From an uncultured Clostridia bacterium (GTDB lineage: Bacteria; Bacillota; Clostridia; Christensenellales; UBA1242), in the NCBI GenBank assembly GCA_934749845.1, contig CAKVHQ010000004.1, positions 22,667 through 86,666 on the forward strand: 64,000 nucleotides of DNA. Reading direction: 5' to 3'. Shown in pieces: positions 18,647 through 27,829 of the stretch. The notes under the pieces are model-generated. The model searched no databases. It was given only the letters and a program-made list of their open reading frames with translations, and was not told the DNA's origin. The position numbers and the translations under genes are program-made. Within the stretch, counting starts at the first letter, position 1. Each line of letters begins with the position of its first letter.

Positions 18647-19808
18647 ATTTTTTCATTTTTTCAATTTGTTCGTAGTAAATTGACAAATACTCGCTTGTTG
18701 CTTGTTCCCATGTTTTTGGGATTTCTCGACTTGCATTTTCGCCAATTATTTTATTTTCTTTTTTATGTTCTAAAATATATTCGATTTTGCTTGCCATGTC
18801 GCTTGGCTCGTTTTTAATTAAGTAGCCGTTATGGTTATCAGTTATTCTTTCGCTAGAATCAGTTTTTTCTATCGCTATTGTTGGAAGAGCATATAGTGCC
18901 GATTCTATTATAGTTAAACTATCATTATCAAAAATGGAAGGGAATAGGTAAACTGTGCTATTTAGATATAATGATGAAAGCAATTTTTTATCTGTTATCG
19001 AACCCGTAAAACACACGTTATTTTCTAATCCTTTTTGTTTGCACTGTTTTTTAAAGTATTCTAAATCATCTCCATTTCCCACAAACATCATTTTGAAATT
19101 TACATTTTTTTTGCTTAATATTTCAAGCGAATTTATAATAAACTCAATGTTTTTAACTTTTGTCATTCTGCCTACAAACAAAAGTATATCGTCGGTGTTT
19201 TTTAAATTAAATTGTTTTAATGCTAAATCTTGAATTTCTTCATTACTAAATCTTTTGAATGTTGCCCCATTTTTAATAACTTTAAATGGACCATTATAAC
19301 CATATAATTTAAATTCTTCGCCCATTCCGTAAGAAACAGCAGTAACAACATTTGCTTTTTTTAACTTTTTTCCTATCTTTTTTAGTGCAATATTCACTAA
19401 AAATTTGCTTTTTACTGCATCTTTGTATGCATAACTAAACTTGGTGTGAATTGTCGATACACAAGGAATGTTATGTTTTTTTGAGTATTTTAAAGCAAGG
19501 GAAAGCATGCTCGCTTGAGTTTGACAATGAATTATGTCTGGGCTAAATTCGTCTATTTTTTTAAATAACTTTTTATTGCAAATTGGAAGAGCGTAGTAAT
19601 CGTTTGCATCAATTTTAATACTTTTTTTTCTTAAAACTTGAAATTCTAGCATCGAATCGTTTTCATTTTTATAGTGCGGTGCAACAACCAAAACTTCGTG
19701 CCCTTGCTTTTTTAGTTCTTTTGCTATATTTATGGTCGCATTTTCTGTTCCGCCAACTCCTGGCAAAAAATTATCGGTAAATATGGCAATTTTAAGTTTA
19801 TTATTCAT
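18639..19808 (-). CDS. Family 4 glycosyltransferase (glycolipid/MGlcDAG-synthase-like N-terminus)
   Basis: The product starts MNNKLKIAIFTDNFLPGVGGTE and has a C-terminal GT-B motif region (FPSIFDNDSLTIIESA). The start is moved to ATG 19808, behind an AGGAGA SD. Confidence 0.8.
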   Translation of the reverse strand: MNNKLKIAIFTDNFLPGVGGTENATINIAKELKKQGHEVLVVAPHYKNENDSMLEFQVLRKKSIKIDANDYYALPICNKKLFKKIDEFSPDIIHCQTQASMLSLALKYSKKHNIPCVSTIHTKFSYAYKDAVKSKFLVNIALKKIGKKLKKANVVTAVSYGMGEEFKLYGYNGPFKVIKNGATFKRFSNEEIQDLALKQFNLKNTDDILLFVGRMTKVKNIEFIINSLEILSKKNVNFKMMFVGNGDDLEYFKKQCKQKGLENNVCFTGSITDKKLLSSLYLNSTVYLFPSIFDNDSLTIIESALYALPTIAIEKTDSSERITDNHNGYLIKNEPSDMASKIEYILEHKKENKIIGENASREIPKTWEQATSEYLSIYYEQIEKMKKSL

Positions 19809-19837
19809 ATTTTCTCCTAATATAAAATAAAGCAAAT

Positions 19838-20650
19838 TTAAGAAATTTGCTTTTTAATTTCCAAACATTCATTCAATAAATCGGCATACATAGGAAAACT
19901 TTGTAAAAACAATTCAGTATGCCATGGTTTTATTCTGTTTCTAACTTTGCCTTTTTGTCTTGCGTTGCAAAGATGATGAACAACTATATCATCACTGTAT
20001 TTACATTTGTGTCTAAACCAATTATATTTATAAGGAATCATCAATCTATACTTAATTGACTTATTCAACGCATCTTGATCTGCAAAAGACATTTTTTTGT
20101 GTTTGCATAAATAAATTGCCTTATCAAACGATTTAGTTTCTCTAATCTTTTTAAGATTTAAAAGCATAACTCCTGCATTAAAGTAATTCCAAAAGCCAAC
20201 AAAGTTGACGAACATAATATCTCTAACAACACCTGCTTCGTAATTTGAAACATCAATGTTAAACAGAGAAGAAATGTCGTTATTTATAATCGTATCAGTA
20301 TCTAAATATATTATTTTTTCTGGTAAATCTAGGTGCGGAGCAAGCAATCTTAAAAGCGTGTATGGTGTGCATCTTGTTTTTTGATTTTTTCCGTCATCAA
20401 AAAATTGATGATATTCTTTTGTTGTGTCTATTTTTATAATTTTGCTATCTTTATTATACTTGTTAATTGTCTTTTGCAAAAATTCAATTTGTTCATCTGT
20501 AATTGGCACATAAACTGGGTCAATTTCATGCAAATCCATGGTTAAAACATAGGCTGTGAAAGGGCTTTTAGTGTTTTTTGCTAAACTTACAAGAGAAATT
20601 AAAAGTCCGTCAAAAACTTTAATATTTCCTGCGTACATTATATTTATCAT
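19838..20650 (-). CDS. Family 8 glycosyltransferase (LPS/GspA-type retaining GT)
   Basis: The 270-aa product has a DxD motif in IIYLDTDTI and an NAGVMLLNL motif. An AGGAG SD lies upstream. Confidence 0.75.
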   Translation of the reverse strand: MINIMYAGNIKVFDGLLISLVSLAKNTKSPFTAYVLTMDLHEIDPVYVPITDEQIEFLQKTINKYNKDSKIIKIDTTKEYHQFFDDGKNQKTRCTPYTLLRLLAPHLDLPEKIIYLDTDTIINNDISSLFNIDVSNYEAGVVRDIMFVNFVGFWNYFNAGVMLLNLKKIRETKSFDKAIYLCKHKKMSFADQDALNKSIKYRLMIPYKYNWFRHKCKYSDDIVVHHLCNARQKGKVRNRIKPWHTELFLQSFPMYADLLNECLEIKKQIS

Positions 20651-20671
20651 ATATTCTCCTAAAACAAGAAT

Positions 20672-20700
20672 AGTATATTTAAAATGGAAGGAGTTGTCAA
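20672..20700 (-). promoter_or_regulatory. Sigma-A-type promoter (TTGACA-17-TATACT on the minus strand) for the GT8-GT4 operon
   Basis: The reverse complement of 20695-20700 is TTGACA. The reverse complement of 20672-20677 is TATACT. Confidence 0.6.
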
Positions 20701-20722
20701 TCTATTTTTTTTGCTTAAAAGG

Positions 20723-20751
20723 TTGAGTTTCGTTTGCTAATTTGCTATAAT
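20723..20751 (+). promoter_or_regulatory. Promoter TTGAGT-17-TGcTATAAT placed 7 nt upstream of the GT4 ATG (candidate leaderless transcript)
   Basis: TATAAT lies at 20746-20751 and the ATG at 20759. No SD lies between them. Confidence 0.5.
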
Positions 20752-20758
20752 CAAAAAT

Positions 20759-22138
20759 ATGGAAGACAAAAAAATAAACATAGGATTATTTTGTGATTCT
20801 TTTTTTCCTATGATAGATGGCGTTATCAATGTTGTTGATAATTATGCTAAAAAATTAAATCAAATTGCCAACGTAACAGTGTTTGTCCCTCAAGGAAGAG
20901 ATAAAGATTATGTAGATAATTTTCCTTACAATGTGGTTAGATGTAAGAAAAAATTTAATTGTCCCGGGCTAGATTACGACTTGCCTTTGCCTGAACTTGA
21001 TGTTGATTTTTTGGATAAATTAAACGAAAGCAATTTAGATATTGTCCATATTCATTCTCCTTTTTCTATGGGCAAATTAGGAGTAAATTATGCAAAAAAA
21101 CATAAAGTTCCGTGTGTTGGAACATTACATTCTCAATTTAAACAGGACTTTTACGAAGCAACAAAAATGACAAGTTTAACAAATATATTGTTAAATTCCG
21201 CTATGAGCGTGTTTAATAAGTGTGATATATGTTGGGCTGTTAACGAAGGAATTGCTGATTTATATAGAAACGATTATAAACTTAATGCACCTTTGGCTGT
21301 TCAATATAATGCAACCGATATGGTTAAGCATGAATTTTCTCAAAGAGAAATGAAAAAATTGGACAAAAAGTACGGCATAAAAAAAGACGAGCATGTTTTT
21401 TGCTTTGTGGGAAGATTAACCATTTTAAAAAACATTTTGTTTTTGGTTGATGTGGTGGAAAAACTTAAGCAAAAAGGACTTAAATTTAAAATGCTTTTTG
21501 TGGGAACAGGAACAGATGAAGATAAACTTATAAATGCAATACAAAAGAAAAATTTGTCTAAAGACATAATTTTAACAGGTCGAGTAAGCGATAAAACTGA
21601 ACTTGGAAAATTTTACTCAAGGGCAGAATTACTTTTATTTCCTTCTCCTTATGACACCGATGGCTTGGTTAAATACGAGGCCGCTTGCTATGGCACTCCC
21701 GTTGTTTCAATAAAAGACTTTTATTGTGCTTCGAACATAATTGATAATCAAACTGGCTTTTTAACAAACAATGATGTTGATAGTTTTGCGGATAAAATAT
21801 TTGAAATTTGTTCTAACAAAGAACTTTATGATTTAGTTTCTAAAAATTGCCAAGAGCAACTTTACAAAACTTGGGATACCGCAGTTGAAAAAGTTTTTAA
21901 AGATTATTTAGATATTATAAATAAATACAATAAAGGATACTACAAAGAATTAAGAAAGTTTGTTAAAACAAAAAATGTTCAAACAAAAAAGATAAAAAGC
22001 AAAAAGAAACAAAGTCAAAAGAAAAGAGATAAAAAAGTTAAAACTGCAAATGATAAAATCGAAAAGTTACAAAAAATGATTAACAAACAAAATGAAAAAA
22101 TAAATAAAATTAAAAATAACATAGCAAAGCAAGGTTAA
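20759..22138 (+). CDS. Family 4 glycosyltransferase with a ~65-aa lysine-rich C-terminal tail
   Basis: The N-terminus reads INIGLFCDSFFPMIDGV. The GT-B C-terminal motif is FPSPYDTDGLVKYEAA. The tail reads KKIKSKKKQSQKKRDKKVK... Confidence 0.8.
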   Translation: MEDKKINIGLFCDSFFPMIDGVINVVDNYAKKLNQIANVTVFVPQGRDKDYVDNFPYNVVRCKKKFNCPGLDYDLPLPELDVDFLDKLNESNLDIVHIHSPFSMGKLGVNYAKKHKVPCVGTLHSQFKQDFYEATKMTSLTNILLNSAMSVFNKCDICWAVNEGIADLYRNDYKLNAPLAVQYNATDMVKHEFSQREMKKLDKKYGIKKDEHVFCFVGRLTILKNILFLVDVVEKLKQKGLKFKMLFVGTGTDEDKLINAIQKKNLSKDIILTGRVSDKTELGKFYSRAELLLFPSPYDTDGLVKYEAACYGTPVVSIKDFYCASNIIDNQTGFLTNNDVDSFADKIFEICSNKELYDLVSKNCQEQLYKTWDTAVEKVFKDYLDIINKYNKGYYKELRKFVKTKNVQTKKIKSKKKQSQKKRDKKVKTANDKIEKLQKMINKQNEKINKIKNNIAKQG

Positions 22139-22153
22139 ATGCCTTGCTTTTTT
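22127..22153 (+). terminator. Intrinsic terminator
   Basis: AAGCAAGG pairs with CCTTGCTT, with the stop codon in the loop and a T-run after the stem. Confidence 0.7.
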
Positions 22154-22180
22154 AAATTATTTTTAAATTAAGCGTTTTTG

Positions 22181-22189
22181 TGATAAAAT
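22181..22189 (+). promoter_or_regulatory. Extended -10 box (TGaTAAAAT) 6 nt upstream of the uvrC ATG (candidate leaderless transcript)
   Basis: TAAAAT lies at 22184-22189 and the ATG at 22196. No SD is present and the -35 is weak. Confidence 0.4.
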
Positions 22190-22195
22190 AATATT

Positions 22196-24001
22196 ATGGA
22201 ATTAAAAGAAAAGTTATTGTCGCTTCCAACGGGGAGTGGTTGCTATATAATGAAAGATGCCAGTGGAAATGTTATATATATTGGCAAGGCAAAAAATTTA
22301 AAACGCAGGGTGAACTCGTATTTTAACAGGACACAAAAAAACATAAAAACCGAAAATCTTGTTAAAAACATTCACGACTTTGATTACATCGTAACAAACA
22401 CCGAGTTCGACTGTTTGATGCTTGAAAATAATCTTATAAAAAAATACAAGCCACATTATAACATTTTGCTTAAAGATGATAAAAATTTCCCATACATTAA
22501 AATCAATTTAAAAGATGATTATCCTAAACTAGAAATTACGCGAAAACTTAAAAGAGATAATGCTAAATATTTTGGACCTTATTTTGCTGGGGTTAGCGCA
22601 TACACAATTTTGGATATAGCAAACTTTGCTTTTAGTTTACGCACTTGTTCAAGCAGTTTTAGCTCTTCAAAAATGCTTCCACGGGCTTGCATTAACTACG
22701 ATATGGGTTTGTGTAGCGCCCCATGCGTAAACAAAATTTCAAAGGACGATTATCGCCTTCAAGTTGAAAAAGCCATAAAGTTTTTGGAAGGCGACACGAA
22801 GGAAGTTGAACACATTTTATTTTCCAAAATGGAAAAGGCAAGCGATAATTTAAATTTTGAACTTGCAATAAAAATTAGGGAGCAACTTGAATCTTTAAAA
22901 AGGCTAAAAGCAAAATATTTAACACAATTTACTAATCATGAAAACATTGATGTTGTAGGTTGTTACTATGACGGCATAAACGCCTGCATTTCGGTTATTA
23001 TTGTGAGAAACGGAAGAATGCTCGGGTGTGAAAATTTTAATCTTTTAAGCGTTGAAAATTCTGATGACTTAATGCCACAATTCATCATGCAATACTATAG
23101 TTTTAACAGGCTTTGCCCTTCAAAAATTTACATTGAAAGTGAAATTGATGAAAGAGAAAGTTTGGAAAAATGGCTAAAAGAGAAATTTGATAAAAGCGTA
23201 AAAATTGTTGTTGCGGTTAAAGGCGACAAGAAAAAACTTATTGATGTTGCAAAAAGAAATTCACAAGAATATTTGCAAAAGTCATTAACCAAGGAACAAA
23301 ACAAGCAAAAACGCACCATAATTGCATGTGAACGATTAAAAGAAGTGCTAAACCTTAAAAGTGTTCCTTATCGCATGGAGTGCTATGATATTAGCCATGT
23401 TAGCGGAACAAACAAAGTTGCAAGCATGGTGGTGTTTAAAAATGGCGAGCCAGATAAATCTAGTTACCGTAAATTCATAATCAAGTCTGTTGAGGGGAAT
23501 AACGATTTCGCTTCTTTAAACGAAACATTAAAGCGAAGAATTAAAGAGTTAAGCGGAAACGATATTAGTTTTTCGCAAACTCCAAACTTAATAGTTATTG
23601 ATGGTGGAAAGGGACAACTTTCAAGCACAGCTCAAGTTGTGAATGAAGCTAACAAAAATATAGAAATTATTTCACTTGCAAAAAAACAAGAAGAAGTTTT
23701 TGTTACATCCAGCAGTCAACCTGTTGTGTTAAAGCGAAACGATTTAGCCTTGCAATTATTGCAAAGAATAAGAGATGAGGCACATCGCTTTGCCATAACT
23801 TTCCATAGAAACAGAAGAAGCAAAAATATGATTTTTAGCGAACTTGACGGCATTGAAGGACTAGGAGAAGTTCGCAAGAAAAATCTTATAAAAACTTTTG
23901 GAAGTGTTGAAAATATCAAAAATGCAACCCTTGCCGATATTATAACCAAAGGCAAAATTCCGCAAAAAGTTGCTGTAAACATTAAGCAAAAATTAGAGTA
24001 A
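22196..24001 (+). CDS. uvrC: Excinuclease ABC subunit C
   Basis: The 601-aa product has a GIY-YIG motif (GCYIMKDASGNVIYIGKAKNLKRR) and a C-terminal HhH region. Confidence 0.95.
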   Translation: MELKEKLLSLPTGSGCYIMKDASGNVIYIGKAKNLKRRVNSYFNRTQKNIKTENLVKNIHDFDYIVTNTEFDCLMLENNLIKKYKPHYNILLKDDKNFPYIKINLKDDYPKLEITRKLKRDNAKYFGPYFAGVSAYTILDIANFAFSLRTCSSSFSSSKMLPRACINYDMGLCSAPCVNKISKDDYRLQVEKAIKFLEGDTKEVEHILFSKMEKASDNLNFELAIKIREQLESLKRLKAKYLTQFTNHENIDVVGCYYDGINACISVIIVRNGRMLGCENFNLLSVENSDDLMPQFIMQYYSFNRLCPSKIYIESEIDERESLEKWLKEKFDKSVKIVVAVKGDKKKLIDVAKRNSQEYLQKSLTKEQNKQKRTIIACERLKEVLNLKSVPYRMECYDISHVSGTNKVASMVVFKNGEPDKSSYRKFIIKSVEGNNDFASLNETLKRRIKELSGNDISFSQTPNLIVIDGGKGQLSSTAQVVNEANKNIEIISLAKKQEEVFVTSSSQPVVLKRNDLALQLLQRIRDEAHRFAITFHRNRRSKNMIFSELDGIEGLGEVRKKNLIKTFGSVENIKNATLADIITKGKIPQKVAVNIKQKLE

Positions 24002-24047
24002 ATGTAAAGTTTTCATATTATAAAGCATTCAATCATATTTTATAATA

Positions 24048-25133
24048 ATGAAAAATAGTAAAACCAAAAATATATTAAAATACATCATCAAAATTTTGAT
24101 GAGTATTTTTATTTTGTTTTACATTGTGATTGCGCCAGTAACCATATTTCCTAAACTTAAAAAAAGTCAAGGACTTGTTAACAAAGAAATTGAAATTGAA
24201 TACATGGGAATTTTGGAGTTGTGGAACATCGACACCTTTGAAGGCGGAAGTGTTTCAAGAACCAATTTTTTGCAAAAAAGAGCGATGGAGTTTGAAAAAA
24301 CTCACACAGGCACTTTTATAATGGTTCAAAACATGACCCCCGAACAAGCCGTATTAAACTTTGAAAATGGAAACCTTCCAGATATGGTTTCGTTTGGCAT
24401 AGGGGTGGGCGATAAACTTGTTTCTAATTTAATTGATTTAAGTGGCGACTACTCTGTGCGAGAAATTTTAAATGGTGGAAAATTTAATGGGAAGCAGCTT
24501 GCTGTTCCTTATCTTCTTGGGGGATATACGCTAATAAATGATAATAATTCTCAATTTGAAAACAATAGAATTTCACTGCCAATAGGGTGCGGATTAAGTT
24601 CTTATAATAATAGTTTAATTTCGCTTTTAATAAATAATATGGAAGTTGCAAATTTATATGAGAACAGTTCTCAATTAGACACTTTCTCGGCATATGACAA
24701 GTATCTCGATAAGAAATTTGATTGCCTTCTTGGAACTCAAAGAGATATGTATAGAGTGTTAAACCGAATAGAAAAGGGAAATATGACTCCTCGCAGTTTT
24801 TACAATTTTTCTGGCTTTACAGATTTGGTTCAATATATAGGTGTGTGCGCAAAAGACGATGTTAAGCAAGAAATATCAAAGCAATTTGTAAAACACTTGT
24901 TAAGTGACGCCAGCCAAGAAAAAATAGAAAATATAAATATGTTTTCTGTAACTGGAAAAAAGTTATATTCAACTGGCGAGTTTGCCGAAATGGAGAGTGC
25001 TTTGTCAAAGCCTTTAAAAACCTTAAATGTTTTTTTATCAAATGAAAAATTAGAACAATTAAAGCAATATAGTTTGAACGCACTTGCTGGCGACAAACAG
25101 TCTTTAAGTGAGCTAAAAAAATATTTGGTGTAG
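24048..25133 (+). CDS. Hypothetical membrane-anchored extracytoplasmic protein (possibly with a solute-binding-protein-like fold)
   Basis: The 361-aa product has a single N-terminal TM segment (ILMSIFILFYIVIAPVTIF). I saw no clear SD and no family motif. Confidence 0.45.
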   Translation: MKNSKTKNILKYIIKILMSIFILFYIVIAPVTIFPKLKKSQGLVNKEIEIEYMGILELWNIDTFEGGSVSRTNFLQKRAMEFEKTHTGTFIMVQNMTPEQAVLNFENGNLPDMVSFGIGVGDKLVSNLIDLSGDYSVREILNGGKFNGKQLAVPYLLGGYTLINDNNSQFENNRISLPIGCGLSSYNNSLISLLINNMEVANLYENSSQLDTFSAYDKYLDKKFDCLLGTQRDMYRVLNRIEKGNMTPRSFYNFSGFTDLVQYIGVCAKDDVKQEISKQFVKHLLSDASQEKIENINMFSVTGKKLYSTGEFAEMESALSKPLKTLNVFLSNEKLEQLKQYSLNALAGDKQSLSELKKYLV

Positions 25134-26042
25134 GTGAAAATGGAACTTTTAGATTTTTTAGAACATAATGGCATAGAGTTTAAATTAAAACAAAGCCTTT
25201 CAAATTACACAAACTTTAAAATAGGTGGAGAATGTCCTGTTATGGTTTTTCCAAGTTCCATTTCAAAGTTTGTTAGACTATTAAAGTTTTTAAATGAAAG
25301 CAACATTAAATTTTATGTGCTTAGTGCTGGAACAAATATATTGTGCAGTGATAATGGCTATGACGGGGTTATTATTAAACTTGGTGGAAAACTTAAAAAT
25401 TATAAACTAGCGGGTAATAGAATTTTTGCCGAAGCAGGCATGAACTTGTTTGAACTTAATCGAATCTTGCTTGAACATAGTTTGTCGGGACTAGAATTTA
25501 GTTATGGCATTCCGGGAAGTGTTGGCGGTGCAGTTTGCATGAATGCGGGTGCGTATGGTAAAAGCGTTGGCGACTATATTGTTAATGTTAAAGTTTTTGA
25601 CGGTCATAAAATTCGCACACTTTCAAAAAGTGAAATGAAATTTTCATATAGGCACAGCGTTGTGTTTGAAAAGCATTATATTGTGCTGGGTGCAACTTTT
25701 TTGCTTGATAACGGAGTTTATGAAAACATAAAACAAAGTCAGCAACAATTTTTAACCAAGCGCCTTGAAACACAACCGTATCACGAAGCAAGTGCGGGAA
25801 GCGTTTTTAAGCGACTGGAAAACGGAGTAACGCCTGTTAGCAAAATGATTGACGAACTTGGCTTAAAAGGTTATAGTGTTGGTGATGCTCAAATTTCGAC
25901 TATTCATGCGGGATTTATTGTAAATAAAGGTAAAGCCTCTTGCAATGATGTTAAAAATTTGATAAAATATGTACAGAGTCGAGTAAAAGCAAGTTATAAT
26001 GAAGACATCGAACTTGAAATTGTATTATTAGGAGAAAACTGA
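25134..26042 (+). CDS. murB: UDP-N-acetylenolpyruvoylglucosamine reductase
   Basis: Motifs FKIGGE and SAGSVFKR are present. ATG 25140 is an alternative start. Confidence 0.92.
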   Translation: MKMELLDFLEHNGIEFKLKQSLSNYTNFKIGGECPVMVFPSSISKFVRLLKFLNESNIKFYVLSAGTNILCSDNGYDGVIIKLGGKLKNYKLAGNRIFAEAGMNLFELNRILLEHSLSGLEFSYGIPGSVGGAVCMNAGAYGKSVGDYIVNVKVFDGHKIRTLSKSEMKFSYRHSVVFEKHYIVLGATFLLDNGVYENIKQSQQQFLTKRLETQPYHEASAGSVFKRLENGVTPVSKMIDELGLKGYSVGDAQISTIHAGFIVNKGKASCNDVKNLIKYVQSRVKASYNEDIELEIVLLGEN

Positions 26043-26791
26043 TGGTTTTAAAAGGTGACTATCACACACACACAATTTTCAGTCACGGAACTGGCACTAT
26101 TGAAGATAATGTTAAAGTCGCAGTTAAAAAAGGCTTAAAACAAGTGGCAATAACCGACCACGGCTTTAACCATAAACTTTACGGCGTAAGACGAATAGAC
26201 ATTCCAGTTATGCGAAAACAAGTTGAACAATTAAAAAAGGAATACCCTATTGATGTTTTGCTTGGAATTGAAAGCAATTTAATTGGCGAAAATGGTGCTA
26301 TTGACTTATTAAAAGAAGAAGAAAAACTTTTTGATGTGATAATTATGGGCTATCATAAAATTATCACAGCACAAAGCATAAACGATAGATTGGGCTTTTT
26401 TGCTCGCAACGATTTTAGAAAAATTTTCTCAACTAAATGGATTATTCAAAAAAACACAGATGCTTATTTAAGAGCAATAGATATGTATAACATCGACATT
26501 TTGGCTCACCTAAATTATGGCATGCCAGTTGATGCACCTCAAATTGCAAAACTTGCCCTTCAAAAAGGCACATATATTGAACTTAACGGAAAGCGTACAA
26601 TATTTAGTAGAGATGACATCGAAAAAATGGTTGATATGAAAACCAAATTTATTATGGACAGTGATGCTCACGCTCCAGAAAAAGTGGGCGAGTGCAATCA
26701 TCCAATGAACTTTGCTATCACTCATCAAATTCCAAAAGAACTTATCGTCAACATGGACGATATTCCAAAATTTAAAAATCACAAGGGCTAA
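26042..26791 (+). CDS. PHP-domain (histidinol-phosphatase family) metal-dependent phosphoesterase
   Basis: The N-terminus reads GDYHTHTIFSHG, and DHG and DSDAH motifs are present. A TGATG overlap joins it to murB. Confidence 0.8.
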   Translation: MVLKGDYHTHTIFSHGTGTIEDNVKVAVKKGLKQVAITDHGFNHKLYGVRRIDIPVMRKQVEQLKKEYPIDVLLGIESNLIGENGAIDLLKEEEKLFDVIIMGYHKIITAQSINDRLGFFARNDFRKIFSTKWIIQKNTDAYLRAIDMYNIDILAHLNYGMPVDAPQIAKLALQKGTYIELNGKRTIFSRDDIEKMVDMKTKFIMDSDAHAPEKVGECNHPMNFAITHQIPKELIVNMDDIPKFKNHKG

Positions 26792-26793
26792 AA

Positions 26794-27765
26794 ATGGAAT
26801 CATTTAATAGTAAACTTAAAAAAGAATTGTGCCAACTTCTGCCAACCGATAACGAATTGGCACTTTCTTTTTTGTCGGCTATTATTAAATCTATTGGCGA
26901 AATTTCTAAATCAAAAAAAGGCTTTTCCATTGTTATTAAAACAGAATTACTAGACATTTATAATTGTTTAAATAAAATTCTTTCAAACTTGTATGGCACG
27001 AGTGCGGAACTATCTATCAGCGATGATGTTGGCTATGACGATAGGGTTAAGTATGAGATTATTTTTCCTGAAAAATTTACAAACCAAATTTTGCAAGATT
27101 GTGAAATTATAAGTTACGATGAAAATAAGTTTGTTCAAATAAATGGCGGAATTTCTAAGTATTTAATCGACACCGAAGAAAAAATTTTATCATACATTAA
27201 AGGTTTGTTTATTGCTTGTGGAACAACAAATATAGTGCTTTCAACCAAAGAAGGAAACAACAAAAGCAGTGGATATCATTTGGAGTTTGTGTTTTCAAGC
27301 GAGCAACTAGCCTTAGATTTTATGGAAGCACTTGCCGAGATAAACATTTTTGCAAAAAAGGTGGAGCGAAAAGAATACTATGTTGTTTACTTGCAAGATT
27401 TTCAGCAAATAATAAATTTGCTAGGGCTGTTAAAGGCAACAAAGTCATTTTTAGATTTGCAAAACGAAAATGCTTATCGAGAAATGCGTAATAATGTTAA
27501 CAGGCAAAATAATTGCTCAACAGCGAACATCACAAAAATGGTTAATGCAAGCATGGAGCAACTTAATGCGATAAAGGTTATTCAAGACACTGTTGGCATT
27601 GAAAGTTTAGACGAAAATTTAAAACAAGTGTGCTATTTGCGTCTTGCAAACCCCGAAGAAACTTTGGACTCTTTGGTTAAACTTTCTATGAACAAAATTT
27701 CTAAAAGTGGATTGTATCATAGGTTTCAAAAAATAATAAAAATTGCTAAAGAAATAAAACAGTAA
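26794..27765 (+). CDS. whiA: DNA-binding protein WhiA
   Basis: The product is 323 aa. It has a degenerate LAGLIDADG-like core (GYHLEF) and a C-terminal HTH region (RNNVNRQNNCSTANI...KSGLYHRF). Confidence 0.85.
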   Translation: MESFNSKLKKELCQLLPTDNELALSFLSAIIKSIGEISKSKKGFSIVIKTELLDIYNCLNKILSNLYGTSAELSISDDVGYDDRVKYEIIFPEKFTNQILQDCEIISYDENKFVQINGGISKYLIDTEEKILSYIKGLFIACGTTNIVLSTKEGNNKSSGYHLEFVFSSEQLALDFMEALAEINIFAKKVERKEYYVVYLQDFQQIINLLGLLKATKSFLDLQNENAYREMRNNVNRQNNCSTANITKMVNASMEQLNAIKVIQDTVGIESLDENLKQVCYLRLANPEETLDSLVKLSMNKISKSGLYHRFQKIIKIAKEIKQ

Positions 27766-27773
27766 AATTTTGG

Positions 27774-27808
27774 TAGATAACTTTTAAAAAATGTTATCTA
27801 TTTTTTTT
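27774..27808 (+). terminator. Intrinsic terminator after whiA
   Basis: TAGATAAC (27774-81) pairs with GTTATCTA (27793-800), followed by T8. The ORF-track ATG at 27791 lies inside this hairpin. Confidence 0.7.
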
Positions 27809-27814
27809 GTTTGT

Positions 27815-27823
27815 TGGTATAAT
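27815..27823 (+). promoter_or_regulatory. Extended -10 box (TGgTATAAT) 6 nt upstream of the dnaE ATG (candidate leaderless transcript)
   Basis: TATAAT lies at 27818-27823 and the ATG at 27830. No SD is present. Confidence 0.5.
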
Positions 27824-27829
27824 CAAAAT

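Noticed and set aside
24001-24047. A possible sixth leaderless start for the 24048 gene (TATAAT-A-ATG or CATATT-8 nt-ATG).
   Set aside because: The spacing to the best -10 match is only 1 nt, and the alternative -10 is poor. The absence of an SD is noted, but the case is too weak to add to the leaderless set.
27216-27491. A 91-aa alternative-frame ORF inside whiA. Similar internal ORFs exist at 32732-32980, 36640-36888, 48155-48382 and 14019-14216.
   Set aside because: All are embedded in the same strand of well-supported genes in a different frame. Their composition is basic and low-complexity, typical of frame-shifted AT-rich coding sequence.
27791-27829. A longer dnaE start at ATG 27791 (MLSIFFVCWYNQN…).
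   Set aside because: That ATG lies inside the whiA terminator hairpin and T-run (27774-27808), upstream of the -10 box. The extra residues are hydrophobic and do not resemble DnaE.
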